A DNA stretch of 64,000 nt, taken from Vulcanimicrobiota bacterium (lineage in GTDB: Bacteria > Vulcanimicrobiota > Vulcanimicrobiia > Vulcanimicrobiales > Vulcanimicrobiaceae). Below the pieces are notes generated by a model, which saw nothing but the letters and a program-made list of their open reading frames with translations, was not told where the DNA came from and made no database searches. Positions 1 to 11,234 of the stretch are shown piece after piece. Numbering within the stretch: position 1 is the stretch's first letter; each line of letters starts with the position of its first letter. Both the position numbers and the translations under genes were made by a program. Where the stretch lies: assembly GCA_963733295.1 (NCBI GenBank), contig CAVTCS010000003.1:1248001-1312000 (forward strand), read 5' to 3'.

Positions 1-157
1 TAGTCGACATCGGTCGTCGTGCCGCCCTCGCGATGCATGTGGACCGAATGTATGCGCTCGAAGGCTCGAGCACTCTTGACGAGAGTATCGTAGTTGCTGT
101 CGGCCGCGGAGGCCGCGCCTGCGCACACCAAGACGAGCGCGACGATGCGGGCCAGCT

Positions 158-161
<4 letters not shown>
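1..161 (-). CDS. Secreted hypothetical protein, 5' part only (runs off the window edge)
   Basis: GTG at 161 overlaps the lepA TGA (GTGA). Translation [24 protein letters not shown]... has a signal-peptide pattern, and the frame stays open to position 1. Confidence 0.6.
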
Positions 162-1989
<1,828 letters not shown>

Positions 1990-1990
<1 letters not shown>

Positions 1991-2268
1991 CAGTAATAGT
2001 AGCCCACGCAGGCCGAGTTGCGGACCGCGCCGGCGAGCCAGCCGACGAAGATCAAGACGACCAGAAACGCGATGTCGAGGCCGCCGACCGGGGGAATGAT
2101 GCGCCGCACTGGCATCAGAACGGGCTCGACGATTCTGGCGACGTAGCCGCTCCAGCGCCCCTGGATGCTCGGAATCCACGACGCAACCGCATAGAGGAGC
2201 ATGACGACCGTAAAGGCGCGCAAGGCGAAGGAGAGGATCACGCCAGCGCTACATGAGAGGGACCCCAC
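1990..2268 (-). CDS. YggT family membrane protein
   Basis: SW..., [18 protein letters not shown] motif and two hydrophobic segments. Confidence 0.85.
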
Positions 2269-2298
2269 TCCCGGTGGGTTCGGCGTCGGCCTTCGCGA

Positions 2299-3249
2299 CT
2301 ACTTGAGGCTCGCCAGGACCCTATCCGGGACGCCGTGCAGATACGGCTGGGGATCGACCGCCTTCCCGTCGAGCATGATTTGATAGTGGAGATGCGGCCC
2401 GGTGGACTCGCCGGTCGACCCGACTGCGGCGATCGGTTGAGCCTTTCGAACGTACTCGCCCTGGTGGACGTCGATTCTCGAGAGATGTGCGTACCACGTG
2501 TGGTAGCCGTTACCGTGGTCGATATCGACCTTGAGTCCGTATCCGCCGTCCCAGCCGGCCGCCACGACGATGCCCGCCGCCGCCGCGCGCACTTGGTCGC
2601 CGTAGTCCGCCGTCAGGTCCACTCCGCTGTGGAATTCGGGCCACGGGATCAGGCGCCAACCGAAACCCGAAGCGATGTCCCCGCCGCCGGCAGGCATGAT
2701 GGAGGGAATCGCGGCGAGCAGTTCCGCTCGAGAAATTTCTTCGAGTCGCCGCATATTGAGCACGCGCAGCGCGATCTCGCGCAGACGGTCGTCGTCGCCG
2801 CGCACCTGCGCCGAGTGTACTCGTAAGCGCGCCATCCGCCTTGCGACGGCGTCGAAGTCGCTGCCGCGTGGCGTCGTCATGGAGCGCCGGTCGTCAGGCG
2901 ACGGTGCCGGCTGCGCCGCCGGTGCGTTCGCTGCGGCCTTGCCGCCGTCGCCGATCATCTTGCGAATGCGGTCGTTTTGTTGCTCGATGGCGCGAAGTTC
3001 GCCGTCGAGTTCCGCTGCTTGCGCGTCGATTTGCTGCAAACGTTGGCTTTGGTCCACGGTGAGATTTCGCAACTCGCCGACGCGTCTCTCGGCGTGCCAC
3101 ATCGTGAAGCCGTACCAACCCGCGACGCCTCCGAAAGTCAGCAAGCTGAAGATCGCACCGAAGACGAGATGGGCGCGCGTGAATTCGAAACGGAAGACGC
3201 GGTAACCGAAGGGCGGTACGATCTTGACCAGGTATCCGGCCTTCTTCAT
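2299..3249 (-). CDS. M23 family metallopeptidase with TM anchor and coiled coil
   Basis: HSGVD (HxxxD), YAHL and STGPHLHY (HxH) motifs. Confidence 0.92.
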   Translation of the reverse strand: MKKAGYLVKIVPPFGYRVFRFEFTRAHLVFGAIFSLLTFGGVAGWYGFTMWHAERRVGELRNLTVDQSQRLQQIDAQAAELDGELRAIEQQNDRIRKMIGDGGKAAANAPAAQPAPSPDDRRSMTTPRGSDFDAVARRMARLRVHSAQVRGDDDRLREIALRVLNMRRLEEISRAELLAAIPSIMPAGGGDIASGFGWRLIPWPEFHSGVDLTADYGDQVRAAAAGIVVAAGWDGGYGLKVDIDHGNGYHTWYAHLSRIDVHQGEYVRKAQPIAAVGSTGESTGPHLHYQIMLDGKAVDPQPYLHGVPDRVLASLK

Positions 3250-3722
3250 GAGGCGAGCGCCGAGCGAGCTCCGGTCCGCGCGTCCGAAAGCGCCTGGATT
3301 TCCTCTTTGGAAGCACCCTGCTGAGTGGCAAAGCCACGGACGGCTTTACCGTACGTGCGAGTTTCTTCCCGCGAGTAGATGCTCGTGATCAAAACGCCGT
3401 CGCCCTCGCGATTCAGAAGCGCCAAAGTAAACGAGAGATCGGAACCTACGTCGCTGAACGAATTGTAGCGCACGAACCCGACGCGGTACACCTCGAGGCG
3501 CGCGACCGACTCGAGTTCGGCGAGCCGTTCTTCGGTCCCCTTGCTGAAAGCGAGATGCGCGCCGCGCAGACGGGCGACCGAGTCCCCGGCCACACCTTCG
3601 TCCTCACCGCGGAGCGCCCGTGCGATCGCGCGGAAGCGCGGACCCACGACGAGCAGATGATACAAGGCTAGCGTGAGCAGGGCTATGCCGAATACCAAGC
3701 AGCCGAGCAGTTCTAAGGGCAT
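3246..3722 (-). CDS. DUF4446 family protein
   Basis: N-terminal TM and the segment VGFVRYNSFSDVGSDLSFTLALL...SREETRTYGK. ATGA overlap with the M23 gene. Confidence 0.8.
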   Translation of the reverse strand: MPLELLGCLVFGIALLTLALYHLLVVGPRFRAIARALRGEDEGVAGDSVARLRGAHLAFSKGTEERLAELESVARLEVYRVGFVRYNSFSDVGSDLSFTLALLNREGDGVLITSIYSREETRTYGKAVRGFATQQGASKEEIQALSDARTGARSALAS

Positions 3723-3777
3723 CGCGAGCCTTATATGCGCTACCTCCCGTGCGGACCCCCGCAGGAAGGGTAGCCCG

Positions 3778-3885
<108 letters not shown>

Positions 3886-3894
3886 GGCGAGAGC

Positions 3895-3905
3895 ATTATA
3901 ACACA
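3895..3905 (-). promoter_or_regulatory. Extended -10 promoter (TGnTATAAT) for SRP RNA
   Basis: Minus strand reads tgtgtTATAAT, with TATAAT at 3900-3895, about 10 nt before the ffs 5' end. Confidence 0.75.
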
Positions 3906-4111
3906 CGCTCGCGGTGCCCGGGACCGTGTTCGCCGCCGATCGCGTCGGCCACAAAGAAGCAGGCGCGACCTGTTGCGTGTGCTGCCCGAGCCGCCAAACG
4001 GCGGAGGGAACGCGTGTGACGAGTACCGTGCACGCTGCGGAGTGCGGCCGCCTCGCGCAACAGATCGTCGCGACGACTTCGGGCGATGGAACTGATTGCG
4101 TGGAGATTCAT
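3896..4111 (-). CDS. Small basic hypothetical protein (71 aa)
   Basis: ATG preceded by the SD sequence TAGGAG. Arg/Ala-rich; the stop codon lies inside the ffs -10 box. Confidence 0.6.
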   Translation of the reverse strand: MNLHAISSIARSRRDDLLREAAALRSVHGTRHTRSLRRLAARAAHATGRACFFVADAIGGEHGPGHRERVL

Positions 4112-4140
4112 GAGGTACTCCTAGATGAATGGAAGGAATT

Positions 4141-4167
4141 GAAAAGGCCCCCGCTCTTGCGGAGGCC
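4141..4167 (-). terminator. Intrinsic terminator, candidate attenuator
   Basis: Minus strand GGCCTCCGC-AAGA-GCGGGGGCC-TTTTC. Confidence 0.75.
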
Positions 4168-4193
4168 ACAGACGATCGAACCGGTAGCAAACG

Positions 4194-4313
4194 CTACGTT
4201 CGTCGTACGTAATTCCGCGCCGAGAGAGATGACAGGCCAACACCGCAGCCGCGAAGCGCAACCGGCATTCCGTTGATGGCCCAGTCGAGATTTCGTCCGA
4301 AGAATTCAGTCAC
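4194..4313 (-). CDS. Putative 39-aa leader peptide (below the ORF-track cutoff)
   Basis: Strong SD AGAAAGGAGA 7 nt before GTG. Peptide MTEFFGRNLDWAINGMPVALRGCGVGLSSLSARNYVRRT*, followed by a terminator. Confidence 0.6.
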   Translation of the reverse strand: MTEFFGRNLDWAINGMPVALRGCGVGLSSLSARNYVRRT

Positions 4314-4418
4314 TACGGTGTCTCCTTTCTCTCGCGCGCTGCGAGCGAGTGCGTCGTCAAAGAAGATTACCATGCGAAGGCATGTTGCGTCAAACTCCGC
4401 GGAGCGCGAAAGCGCCTG

Positions 4419-5441
4419 TTAGTGTGGACCGACGTAGTACGGCGTCGGCGTCGGATAACCGGGCGGATACGTCGGCGGCGGATAGCCCGGCTGATACGTC
4501 GGCGGCGGGTACCCGGGCGGCGCCGGATAGCCGGGCGGCGGTGCATAGCCCGGGGGTGTCGGCGTCGCGAACGGATTCGCAGCAGGCGGAATCATCGATG
4601 GCGGCGGCGTCGCGGGAAGATCGTCGCCGTAAAGCACGGCGGCGTATCCGATCCCCTTGCTGAGCTTGAGCGGATCGCTTCCGCCCGAAGATGTAACCAC
4701 CCCACTCGAGAGCGAGGTATCGGCACTGTACGCCACCAGGCGCGGTTTGTGTTTTTTCGACATATCGTAAAGCGCTACGATGAAGCCGCGGTTCGGCGTC
4801 TGCTCTTCCTTGGGAATTGTAAAGCGCACCGCGTCGAGTGAACTCAGCTCGATGTCGGTTGCGGGGAGAAAATATCCGCGCACGATCGCCGTCTGATGAA
4901 GGAAGGTTTGGACGTTGCCGGTCGGCGCGGGCGAGGGCGCCGGCGGTGCGTCGCTTGGATAGATCGTGGTTTTCGTTTCGATCTTCGGGCCGCTCGGAAC
5001 GGGCGTCGGACGTCGCACGACCGCAGGACTCGCCGAGGCCCCTGCCGGCGCATTCCCGCTAGCGGCCGGCGAAGGCGAGGGTCCCGCGCTAGGCACAGCC
5101 GTCGAGCTGGCGGACGGCGATGGAGAACGTGCTCCTGCGGCGTTCGCCGGAGGCGACGGAGTGGCCGGGTGAAGCTGCAGTGCGACGCCGAATCCGCCTA
5201 CCGCCGGAAGCGGGATGTTCGCTTCATCGGGCAGCAGGTAGACTGCCCCTTCGACGGTCCGAGTCCGCGTATAGGCGGCGGCCTGAGGCGCGCCGGCTCC
5301 TCCCGCCGGCGGCGCCGGCGCGTATGCACCTGGTGCTTGCGGCAGACCGGGAGTTCCCATGCTACTCTGGCAAGCCGTCACCGCTACGGCGAGGCTGGCG
5401 AGAGCGACGTATATCAGGCTACGACCGGTCACTAGAGGCAC
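4419..5441 (-). CDS. Pro-rich lipoprotein with PPxY-repeat tail
   Basis: Lipobox-like VTAC after a hydrophobic stretch, Pro/Ser/Ala linkers and C-terminal PPGY/PPTY repeats. Confidence 0.75.
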   Translation of the reverse strand: MPLVTGRSLIYVALASLAVAVTACQSSMGTPGLPQAPGAYAPAPPAGGAGAPQAAAYTRTRTVEGAVYLLPDEANIPLPAVGGFGVALQLHPATPSPPANAAGARSPSPSASSTAVPSAGPSPSPAASGNAPAGASASPAVVRRPTPVPSGPKIETKTTIYPSDAPPAPSPAPTGNVQTFLHQTAIVRGYFLPATDIELSSLDAVRFTIPKEEQTPNRGFIVALYDMSKKHKPRLVAYSADTSLSSGVVTSSGGSDPLKLSKGIGYAAVLYGDDLPATPPPSMIPPAANPFATPTPPGYAPPPGYPAPPGYPPPTYQPGYPPPTYPPGYPTPTPYYVGPH

Positions 5442-5592
5442 CGCGTCGGTTTCGGGCCCGCCTCGTGTGCCGCCTTTGGAGGGAACATCATTAGGTTAAC
5501 GACGCGCCCGGCAAAAACGTGAGCGTCTCGCCGCGCGGGGGCCCTTCGCGCACAGCCTCGAAATGCGCCCACCAATTTCCTTGAGGTACCTC

Positions 5593-5814
5593 ATGTCCGA
5601 CGAAGTTGAGATCATGATTCGCCCCACGGGGCCGTACATCGTACGTGGACGCGTACGGTTGCACTACGCAGACGGCACCGAATTCGACCTCGGCGGCAAG
5701 GAGAACATCGCGCTTTGCCGCTGCGGCGCTTCGACGACGAAACCGTTTTGCGACGGAACGCATAGCAAGATCGGTTTCCTCGCGGCGACGCAAGCCGTCA
5801 AGGAATCCGAATAG
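5593..5814 (+). CDS. CDGSH iron-sulfur domain protein
   Basis: GPY and ALCRCGASTTKPFCDGTH motifs. GAGG SD before ATG 5593. Confidence 0.92.
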   Translation: MSDEVEIMIRPTGPYIVRGRVRLHYADGTEFDLGGKENIALCRCGASTTKPFCDGTHSKIGFLAATQAVKESE

Positions 5815-7120
5815 CGCTCGCGAGCGCAGGTACGACGGAGCCGGTTACCTCGCCGAAACCGATGCGCGGGTGCGCTCCGCTCGGCCCGCACGATGCGCGC
5901 ATCACAACCCGATCCCCGTCTTCGAGAAAGCTGCGCGTGCTGCCGTCAGCGAGCGTCAAGGGATGCGCTCCGCGCCACGTCAACTCGATCATGCTGCCGT
6001 AACTGGCGGGATCGGCCCCCGAGATCGTTCCCGAAGCGCATAAGTCACCGGCGCGAATCGTCGCGCCGTTTGAGGTCAGGTGCGCCAACTGCTGCGCCAC
6101 GCTCCAATACAAGCCGCGCATATTGCCGTGCGAGATGCGCTGCGGCGGCGTTCCCGCGCGCAGCATCGCGTCCGAGGCGAGCTCGACTTCGAGCGCGACG
6201 TCAAACGAACGCGGCTCGGCGTCCTGCAGGTAGGCGAACGGCTTGGGCTCTTGTGCCGGGCCCGGCACGCGGTACGCTTCGAGCGCTTCGAGGCTGACGA
6301 TCCAGGGCGAGATCGACGTCGCAAACGACTTCCCGAGAAACGGGCCGAGTGGCTGGTACTCCCAGGCTTGAATGTCGCGCGCGCTCCAATCGTTGACGAG
6401 CACGAGACCGAAGATGAGATCGCGCGCGCGTTCGATCGAGACGGGCGCACCGAGTGCGGAGCCGTTTGCCGTCACGAAACCCATCTCGAGCTCGAAATCG
6501 AGCATGCGCGACGGACCAAAGTCCGGCGCTTCGGCGCCGGTGCCTTTCCGCTGGCCGGTCGGCCGCACGACCGGCGTACCGCTGACGACGACGGTGCCGC
6601 TCCGGCCGTGATAACCCACCGGCAAGTACCGCCAGTTGGGCAGCAGCGGCTCGCTGCCGGGACGCAAGATCTTGCCCAGATTCGACGCGTGTTCGAGCGA
6701 CGAGTAAAAGTCGACGTAGTCGCCGATTTGAACGGGCAGCAGCAACTCGACGGCGTTTTGCCGCACGATGGCGCTTTCGGCGATGCCTGCATCGAGCAGC
6801 TCGCGATTGCCGGCGGCGAGCAAGGCGGACAGTCGCGCGCGCAGCGCATGCCAGGTAAGCCGGCCGCGTCCTGCAAGTTCGTTGAGCGATCCTTCGGCGA
6901 ACAGCGACTCAGCGTCCGCGACGGCCGGCGATAGCAGGCCGGCGGCCGCGACCGCGCGCAGGTCGAGCACGTCGTCGCCGATCGCGACGCCGGGGCGCGC
7001 TTCGCCGGCGACTCGAAAAACGCCGTACGGCAGATTTTGAATCGGAAAGTCACCGGTCTTGCTCGCCGGGAGCCAAGAGCGCAATTCCGGATCGTTCGCG
7101 TCGTATTCCGACGCGCTCAT
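5798..7120 (-). CDS. fahA: Fumarylacetoacetase
   Basis: FPIQNLPYG, GDYVDFYSSLEHA, LDFELE and NDWSARDIQAWEYQPLGPF motifs. Confidence 0.95.
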   Translation of the reverse strand: MSASEYDANDPELRSWLPASKTGDFPIQNLPYGVFRVAGEARPGVAIGDDVLDLRAVAAAGLLSPAVADAESLFAEGSLNELAGRGRLTWHALRARLSALLAAGNRELLDAGIAESAIVRQNAVELLLPVQIGDYVDFYSSLEHASNLGKILRPGSEPLLPNWRYLPVGYHGRSGTVVVSGTPVVRPTGQRKGTGAEAPDFGPSRMLDFELEMGFVTANGSALGAPVSIERARDLIFGLVLVNDWSARDIQAWEYQPLGPFLGKSFATSISPWIVSLEALEAYRVPGPAQEPKPFAYLQDAEPRSFDVALEVELASDAMLRAGTPPQRISHGNMRGLYWSVAQQLAHLTSNGATIRAGDLCASGTISGADPASYGSMIELTWRGAHPLTLADGSTRSFLEDGDRVVMRASCGPSGAHPRIGFGEVTGSVVPALASAIRIP

Positions 7121-8037
7121 GCGCGCGGCAGAATTCCGCCGGCGCGCAAATCGTCGACCGGCTCGGCGAAACTGCAACTCCCGAACGAGCGGATGACGCG
7201 CATGCGGGCCGCACCGATCGCCTCGCGCTCCGAAATCCGGCCGCGCCAGGCGAATGCGTCGTCGTCGAGTCTGAAATGTGCGACGTCCTCGTCGGCCAGG
7301 ACTTCGGTCAGCGCCTCCTCATCGACGAGGATGCCCGACGCCGCCAGGACTGCGGCGCCCACGACGTTGACGAACCCGTGCATCGCGCCGCCCGATGCAG
7401 GGTCATAGTGCCGAAAGGGGTGGTGCAAACCGGCCGTCGCTTTAAATGGAACGTCCGACTTGCACGCCGTCGCTAGAAAGCGCGCGACGGTAGCAGGTTC
7501 GGGCACGTCGGCGGATGTCGCGCCGCCACAACGCAGCTTCGCGCAGATGTCGAGTTGGCGGTTCGCACGCTCTTCATGGAGTGCCCCGAAGGCGGCTTCG
7601 AGGTCGTCGGCGCCGGTAAGTTCGACGAACAGCGAAGGCCGCTCGCTCCAACCAGCTTCATCGACTGCTGCCGCCAGCGTTGCGACGCGCTGCTTCGCGT
7701 TCGCGCCGCGCGCGTTCGCGAGCCGCGTTTCGATCGCTTCGATCGCGAACCGGTCGGCGCGTTCAGCTTGCAACCGCGCGAGACCGGCGAGCTCCGCTTC
7801 CGCGGCGCCGGCGTCGACCACCACGCTACATCCCAACGGGTCCGGTGAGTCGTCCAGCAACCGTGCGAGCGCGGCGACTTGGCTTGCGGGGACGACGAAC
7901 CGCCCAAGCATCCAATACTCCGCCCCGGCTGCGGCGCGTTCGTTCGCAGCAAGTGCTTCGGCCAGCGAGAGCCCGGCCGGCGGAAAGAGTCCTGCGTCGT
8001 CGATCAATTCGCCGAGGAAGGCTCGCAGCGCGCTCAT
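7117..8037 (-). CDS. Conserved hypothetical protein coupled to fahA
   Basis: LIDDAGLFPPA, KLRCGG, PFKATAGLHHP and SFGSCSF motifs. ATGA overlap with fahA. Confidence 0.8.
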   Translation of the reverse strand: MSALRAFLGELIDDAGLFPPAGLSLAEALAANERAAAGAEYWMLGRFVVPASQVAALARLLDDSPDPLGCSVVVDAGAAEAELAGLARLQAERADRFAIEAIETRLANARGANAKQRVATLAAAVDEAGWSERPSLFVELTGADDLEAAFGALHEERANRQLDICAKLRCGGATSADVPEPATVARFLATACKSDVPFKATAGLHHPFRHYDPASGGAMHGFVNVVGAAVLAASGILVDEEALTEVLADEDVAHFRLDDDAFAWRGRISEREAIGAARMRVIRSFGSCSFAEPVDDLRAGGILPRA

Positions 8038-8090
8038 CGCCGCAAGCTACGCCGCAGGTCCGAACGACACCGCCCGCCTAAGAGAAAAAC

Positions 8091-8741
8091 ATCACACAAG
8101 AAGAACGCCCGCCCGCACCCGAACTTTACATCTCGACCGACGTGGAAGCGAACGGCCCGTGTCCCGGACTCTTTTCCATGCTGAGCTTCGGAATGGCCGC
8201 CTTTACCGTCGAAAAGGAACTCGTCGGGACGTTCTCACGAAATCTCGAACTGCTCGAAGGCGCCGGACTCGATGACCGCACGATGCAGTGGTGGGGCACG
8301 ACCGAAAACCTCGGCGCGTACTACCTCTCGCGCGAGGATCTCGTAGCTCCGCGCACCGCGATGCTTGAGTGCAAGGCTTGGCTCGAGGAGATGCGCCGTT
8401 TCGGCAAACCGATCGTCTGCGGCGCGCCGAGCGGATTTGATTTCACGTTCATCTACTACTACTTTCAGCGCGAGTTGGGCGAGAGCACCGTCGGCTTCGC
8501 GAGCCTCGACCTGCGGAGCTACGCCGCCGCCGCACTCAAACGCCAATACCGTCAAGTCGGGAAGCGCCAACTTCCACCTGAGTGGATCGACGAGGGTCTC
8601 CCGCATACGCACGTCGCGCTCGACGACGCGATCGAGCAGGGCTGCATCCTCATCAACATCATCCGGGCGAACCTGGGTTTGCCCCACCTGCCGCAAATGA
8701 TCGACTCGCGAGCGGGCGCCCCCGAGCGCCAGGCTTCCTAA
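8091..8741 (+). CDS. DEDDh 3'-5' exonuclease (DnaQ-like superfamily)
   Basis: YISTDVEANGP (ExoI), GFDF (ExoII) and HVALDDA (ExoIII). ExoI begins upstream of GTG 8142, so the start is inferred at ATC 8091 (uncertain). Confidence 0.8.
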   Translation: MTQEERPPAPELYISTDVEANGPCPGLFSMLSFGMAAFTVEKELVGTFSRNLELLEGAGLDDRTMQWWGTTENLGAYYLSREDLVAPRTAMLECKAWLEEMRRFGKPIVCGAPSGFDFTFIYYYFQRELGESTVGFASLDLRSYAAAALKRQYRQVGKRQLPPEWIDEGLPHTHVALDDAIEQGCILINIIRANLGLPHLPQMIDSRAGAPERQAS

Positions 8742-8746
8742 AAGGC

Positions 8747-9916
8747 GTGGCCTTCTACCAGCGCGCGGGCTCCGTCCCCAAGAAGCGCCACATCCAGTTC
8801 AGGCAGCCTGACGGAACGCTTTACGCCGAGGAGCTGTTCTCGACGCGCGGGTTCGAGAACGTCTATTCGCTGCTCTACCATCTGCGGCCGCCGACGGCCA
8901 CGCTCGACATCCGCGAGTGGAAGCGCAAACCGGTTGAGTACGTCGCTAACGATCCGCTTCGCAACCGCCACTTTCTGACCGGGCGTTCGGCGACCGGCGG
9001 CGATGCGATCGAGGCGCGCGTCCCATTACTCGGGAACGACGACCTGCGCATCTCGATTGCCGACGTGAGCGAGGGCGGCGAGCGTTTCTACCGCAACGTC
9101 GGCGGCGACGAGCTGCTTTTCGTGCATCGGGGAAGCGGCACGCTGCAGACGGCGTTCGGCGAGATCGCCTACCGGCCGCACGATTATCTCGTGATCCCTT
9201 CAGGCGCTACGTATCGCCTCCAGCCGGCCGAATCGACGCGCCTCGTCATCCACGAGTCGCGCGGCCACGTGGCGATTCCCCGCAAGTTCCGAAACGAGTA
9301 CGGGCAACTCGAAGAACACGCGCCGTACTACGAGCGTGACTTTCGCGTTCCGGTCTTGGGCGATCCCGTCGACGCTCAAGGCGAATTCGAAATTCGCGTG
9401 ACCAACGCGGGACGCAACGCACTCTACGTCGTCCAGAACCATCCCTTCGATTTGGTCGGCTGGGACGGATACTGTTACCCCTATGCGTTCAATGCCGATG
9501 AATATGCTCCGATCACCGGCAAACTGCACCAGCCGCCGCCTTCGCACGCGACGTTCGAAGCGCCGGGCGCCGCCTTCTGCGTTTTCGTGCCGCGGCTGTT
9601 CGACTACCATCCGCTCGCGATTCCGGTCCCGTACAATCACTCGAGCGTCGACTGCGACGAAGTTCTGTACTACGTCAGCGGGAACTTTATGAGCCGGCGC
9701 GGCGTCAACGAAGGCTCGGTCACGCTGCATGCGGCCGGCGCTCCGCACGGACCGCAGCCCGGAGCGGTCGAGGCGAGCCTCGGCAAGACGGCCACCGACG
9801 AGCTGGCCATCATGGTCGACACGTTTGCGCCGCTCCGCATCGCGACCCCGGCGCTCGCCCTCGAGGACCCGGCCTACTTCCGCTCGTGGCTCGAGTCGGG
9901 GGCCGCGGCTCGCTGA
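8747..9916 (+). CDS. hmgA: Homogentisate 1,2-dioxygenase
   Basis: YSLLYH, HPFDLVGWDG, HQPPPSH, YNHSSVDCDE and PHGP motifs. GTG start at 8747. Confidence 0.93.
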   Translation: MAFYQRAGSVPKKRHIQFRQPDGTLYAEELFSTRGFENVYSLLYHLRPPTATLDIREWKRKPVEYVANDPLRNRHFLTGRSATGGDAIEARVPLLGNDDLRISIADVSEGGERFYRNVGGDELLFVHRGSGTLQTAFGEIAYRPHDYLVIPSGATYRLQPAESTRLVIHESRGHVAIPRKFRNEYGQLEEHAPYYERDFRVPVLGDPVDAQGEFEIRVTNAGRNALYVVQNHPFDLVGWDGYCYPYAFNADEYAPITGKLHQPPPSHATFEAPGAAFCVFVPRLFDYHPLAIPVPYNHSSVDCDEVLYYVSGNFMSRRGVNEGSVTLHAAGAPHGPQPGAVEASLGKTATDELAIMVDTFAPLRIATPALALEDPAYFRSWLESGAAAR

Positions 9917-9977
9917 TCTCTGGGCCCGGCGACGCCGGCGCGTAGGGTTGCGCAGCCGCGCCGCAAACCGCATTCGT

Positions 9978-11072
9978 ATGACGAGCGCGCTCGATGAACT
10001 CGACTGGGATCATCTTCATTTTTTCGTCGGAAACGCGAAGCAAGCTGCGCACTACTACGCGACCGCCTTCGGTTTCCACGTCACGGCCTACGCAGGGCCG
10101 GAAACCGGGCTGCGCGGCCGCGCTTCCTATGTCATCGAGCAGCACGGTTTGCGCTTCGCGCTGACCAGCGCTCTCGATGCGAGCGACCCGATCGCACGCC
10201 ACGTCGAACGCCACGGCGACGGGGTGCGCGACGTCGCTCTACGCGTCCCGGATGCCAGTGCCGCGTACGAGGCGGCCGTCGCCGGCGGGGCTCGCCCCGT
10301 GGCGCCCCCGCAAGTCCAAGCCGACGACTTCGGCAAAGTCGCGCTCGCCTCCGTAGCGAGCTACGGCGACACGATCCACACCTTCGTGGAACGCGAAGCT
10401 TACCGCGGACCGTTCCTGCCGCGCTACGTTCCGGTCGCGAGCGGTCCGCACGCCCCGCACCGCGTGGCTTTGCGCCACATCGATCACGTCGTCGGCAACG
10501 TCGGCTGGAACGAAATGGATTCGTGGGTGCGCTACTACCGGAAGGCCTTCGGCTTCGATCAGCTCGCCTCGTTCGACGACAAAGACATTTCGACCGAATA
10601 CTCGGCGCTGCGCTCGAAGGTCGTCTCCGACGCGCGCCGGCGCGTGAAGTTTCCGATCAACGAGCCGGCCGAGGGCCGCAAACGTTCCCAGATCGAGGAG
10701 TTTCTCGATTCGTACGGCGGTCCCGGAGTTCAACACGTCGCGATCGCGACCGACGACATCGTGGAGAGCGTGCGCGCCCTGCGCGCGAACGGCGTTGCCT
10801 TTTTGGAAACCCCGGGTTCCTATTACGACGCTCTCGAATCGCGCGTTGGGCAAATCGCCGAAGCGACCGAGACGCTGCGCGAGTTGAACATCCTCGTCGA
10901 TCGCGACGAGCTCGGCTACATGCTACAGATCTTTACCAAACCGTTGCAAGACCGGCCGACGCTGTTTTTCGAGATCATCCAGCGTCGCGGCAGTCTGTCC
11001 TTCGGAAAGGGCAACTTCAAGGCGCTCTTCGTTTCGATCGAAGAGGAGCAGGCGAAAAGAGGCAACCTCTAG
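9978..11072 (+). CDS. hppD: 4-hydroxyphenylpyruvate dioxygenase
   Basis: VGNAKQAAHYY, IDHVVGNV, GVQHVA, LQIFTKP and FFEIIQRRG..FGKGNF motifs. Confidence 0.96.
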   Translation: MTSALDELDWDHLHFFVGNAKQAAHYYATAFGFHVTAYAGPETGLRGRASYVIEQHGLRFALTSALDASDPIARHVERHGDGVRDVALRVPDASAAYEAAVAGGARPVAPPQVQADDFGKVALASVASYGDTIHTFVEREAYRGPFLPRYVPVASGPHAPHRVALRHIDHVVGNVGWNEMDSWVRYYRKAFGFDQLASFDDKDISTEYSALRSKVVSDARRRVKFPINEPAEGRKRSQIEEFLDSYGGPGVQHVAIATDDIVESVRALRANGVAFLETPGSYYDALESRVGQIAEATETLRELNILVDRDELGYMLQIFTKPLQDRPTLFFEIIQRRGSLSFGKGNFKALFVSIEEEQAKRGNL

Positions 11073-11234
11073 CCGGGTCCCCCGGATCTGGGACCAAGGA
11101 TCCTTTGCCCGGCGAAAGGGCACCGGCGCGTTTCGCGAGTATGTACCGCGTAGCAAGCGGGGGCCATCCGGTTCTGCCTTGCTGCGTTTTCGCTTGGGGC
11201 GTGCAAGCGTCCCGAAGGAAAGGGTGCACGACGT

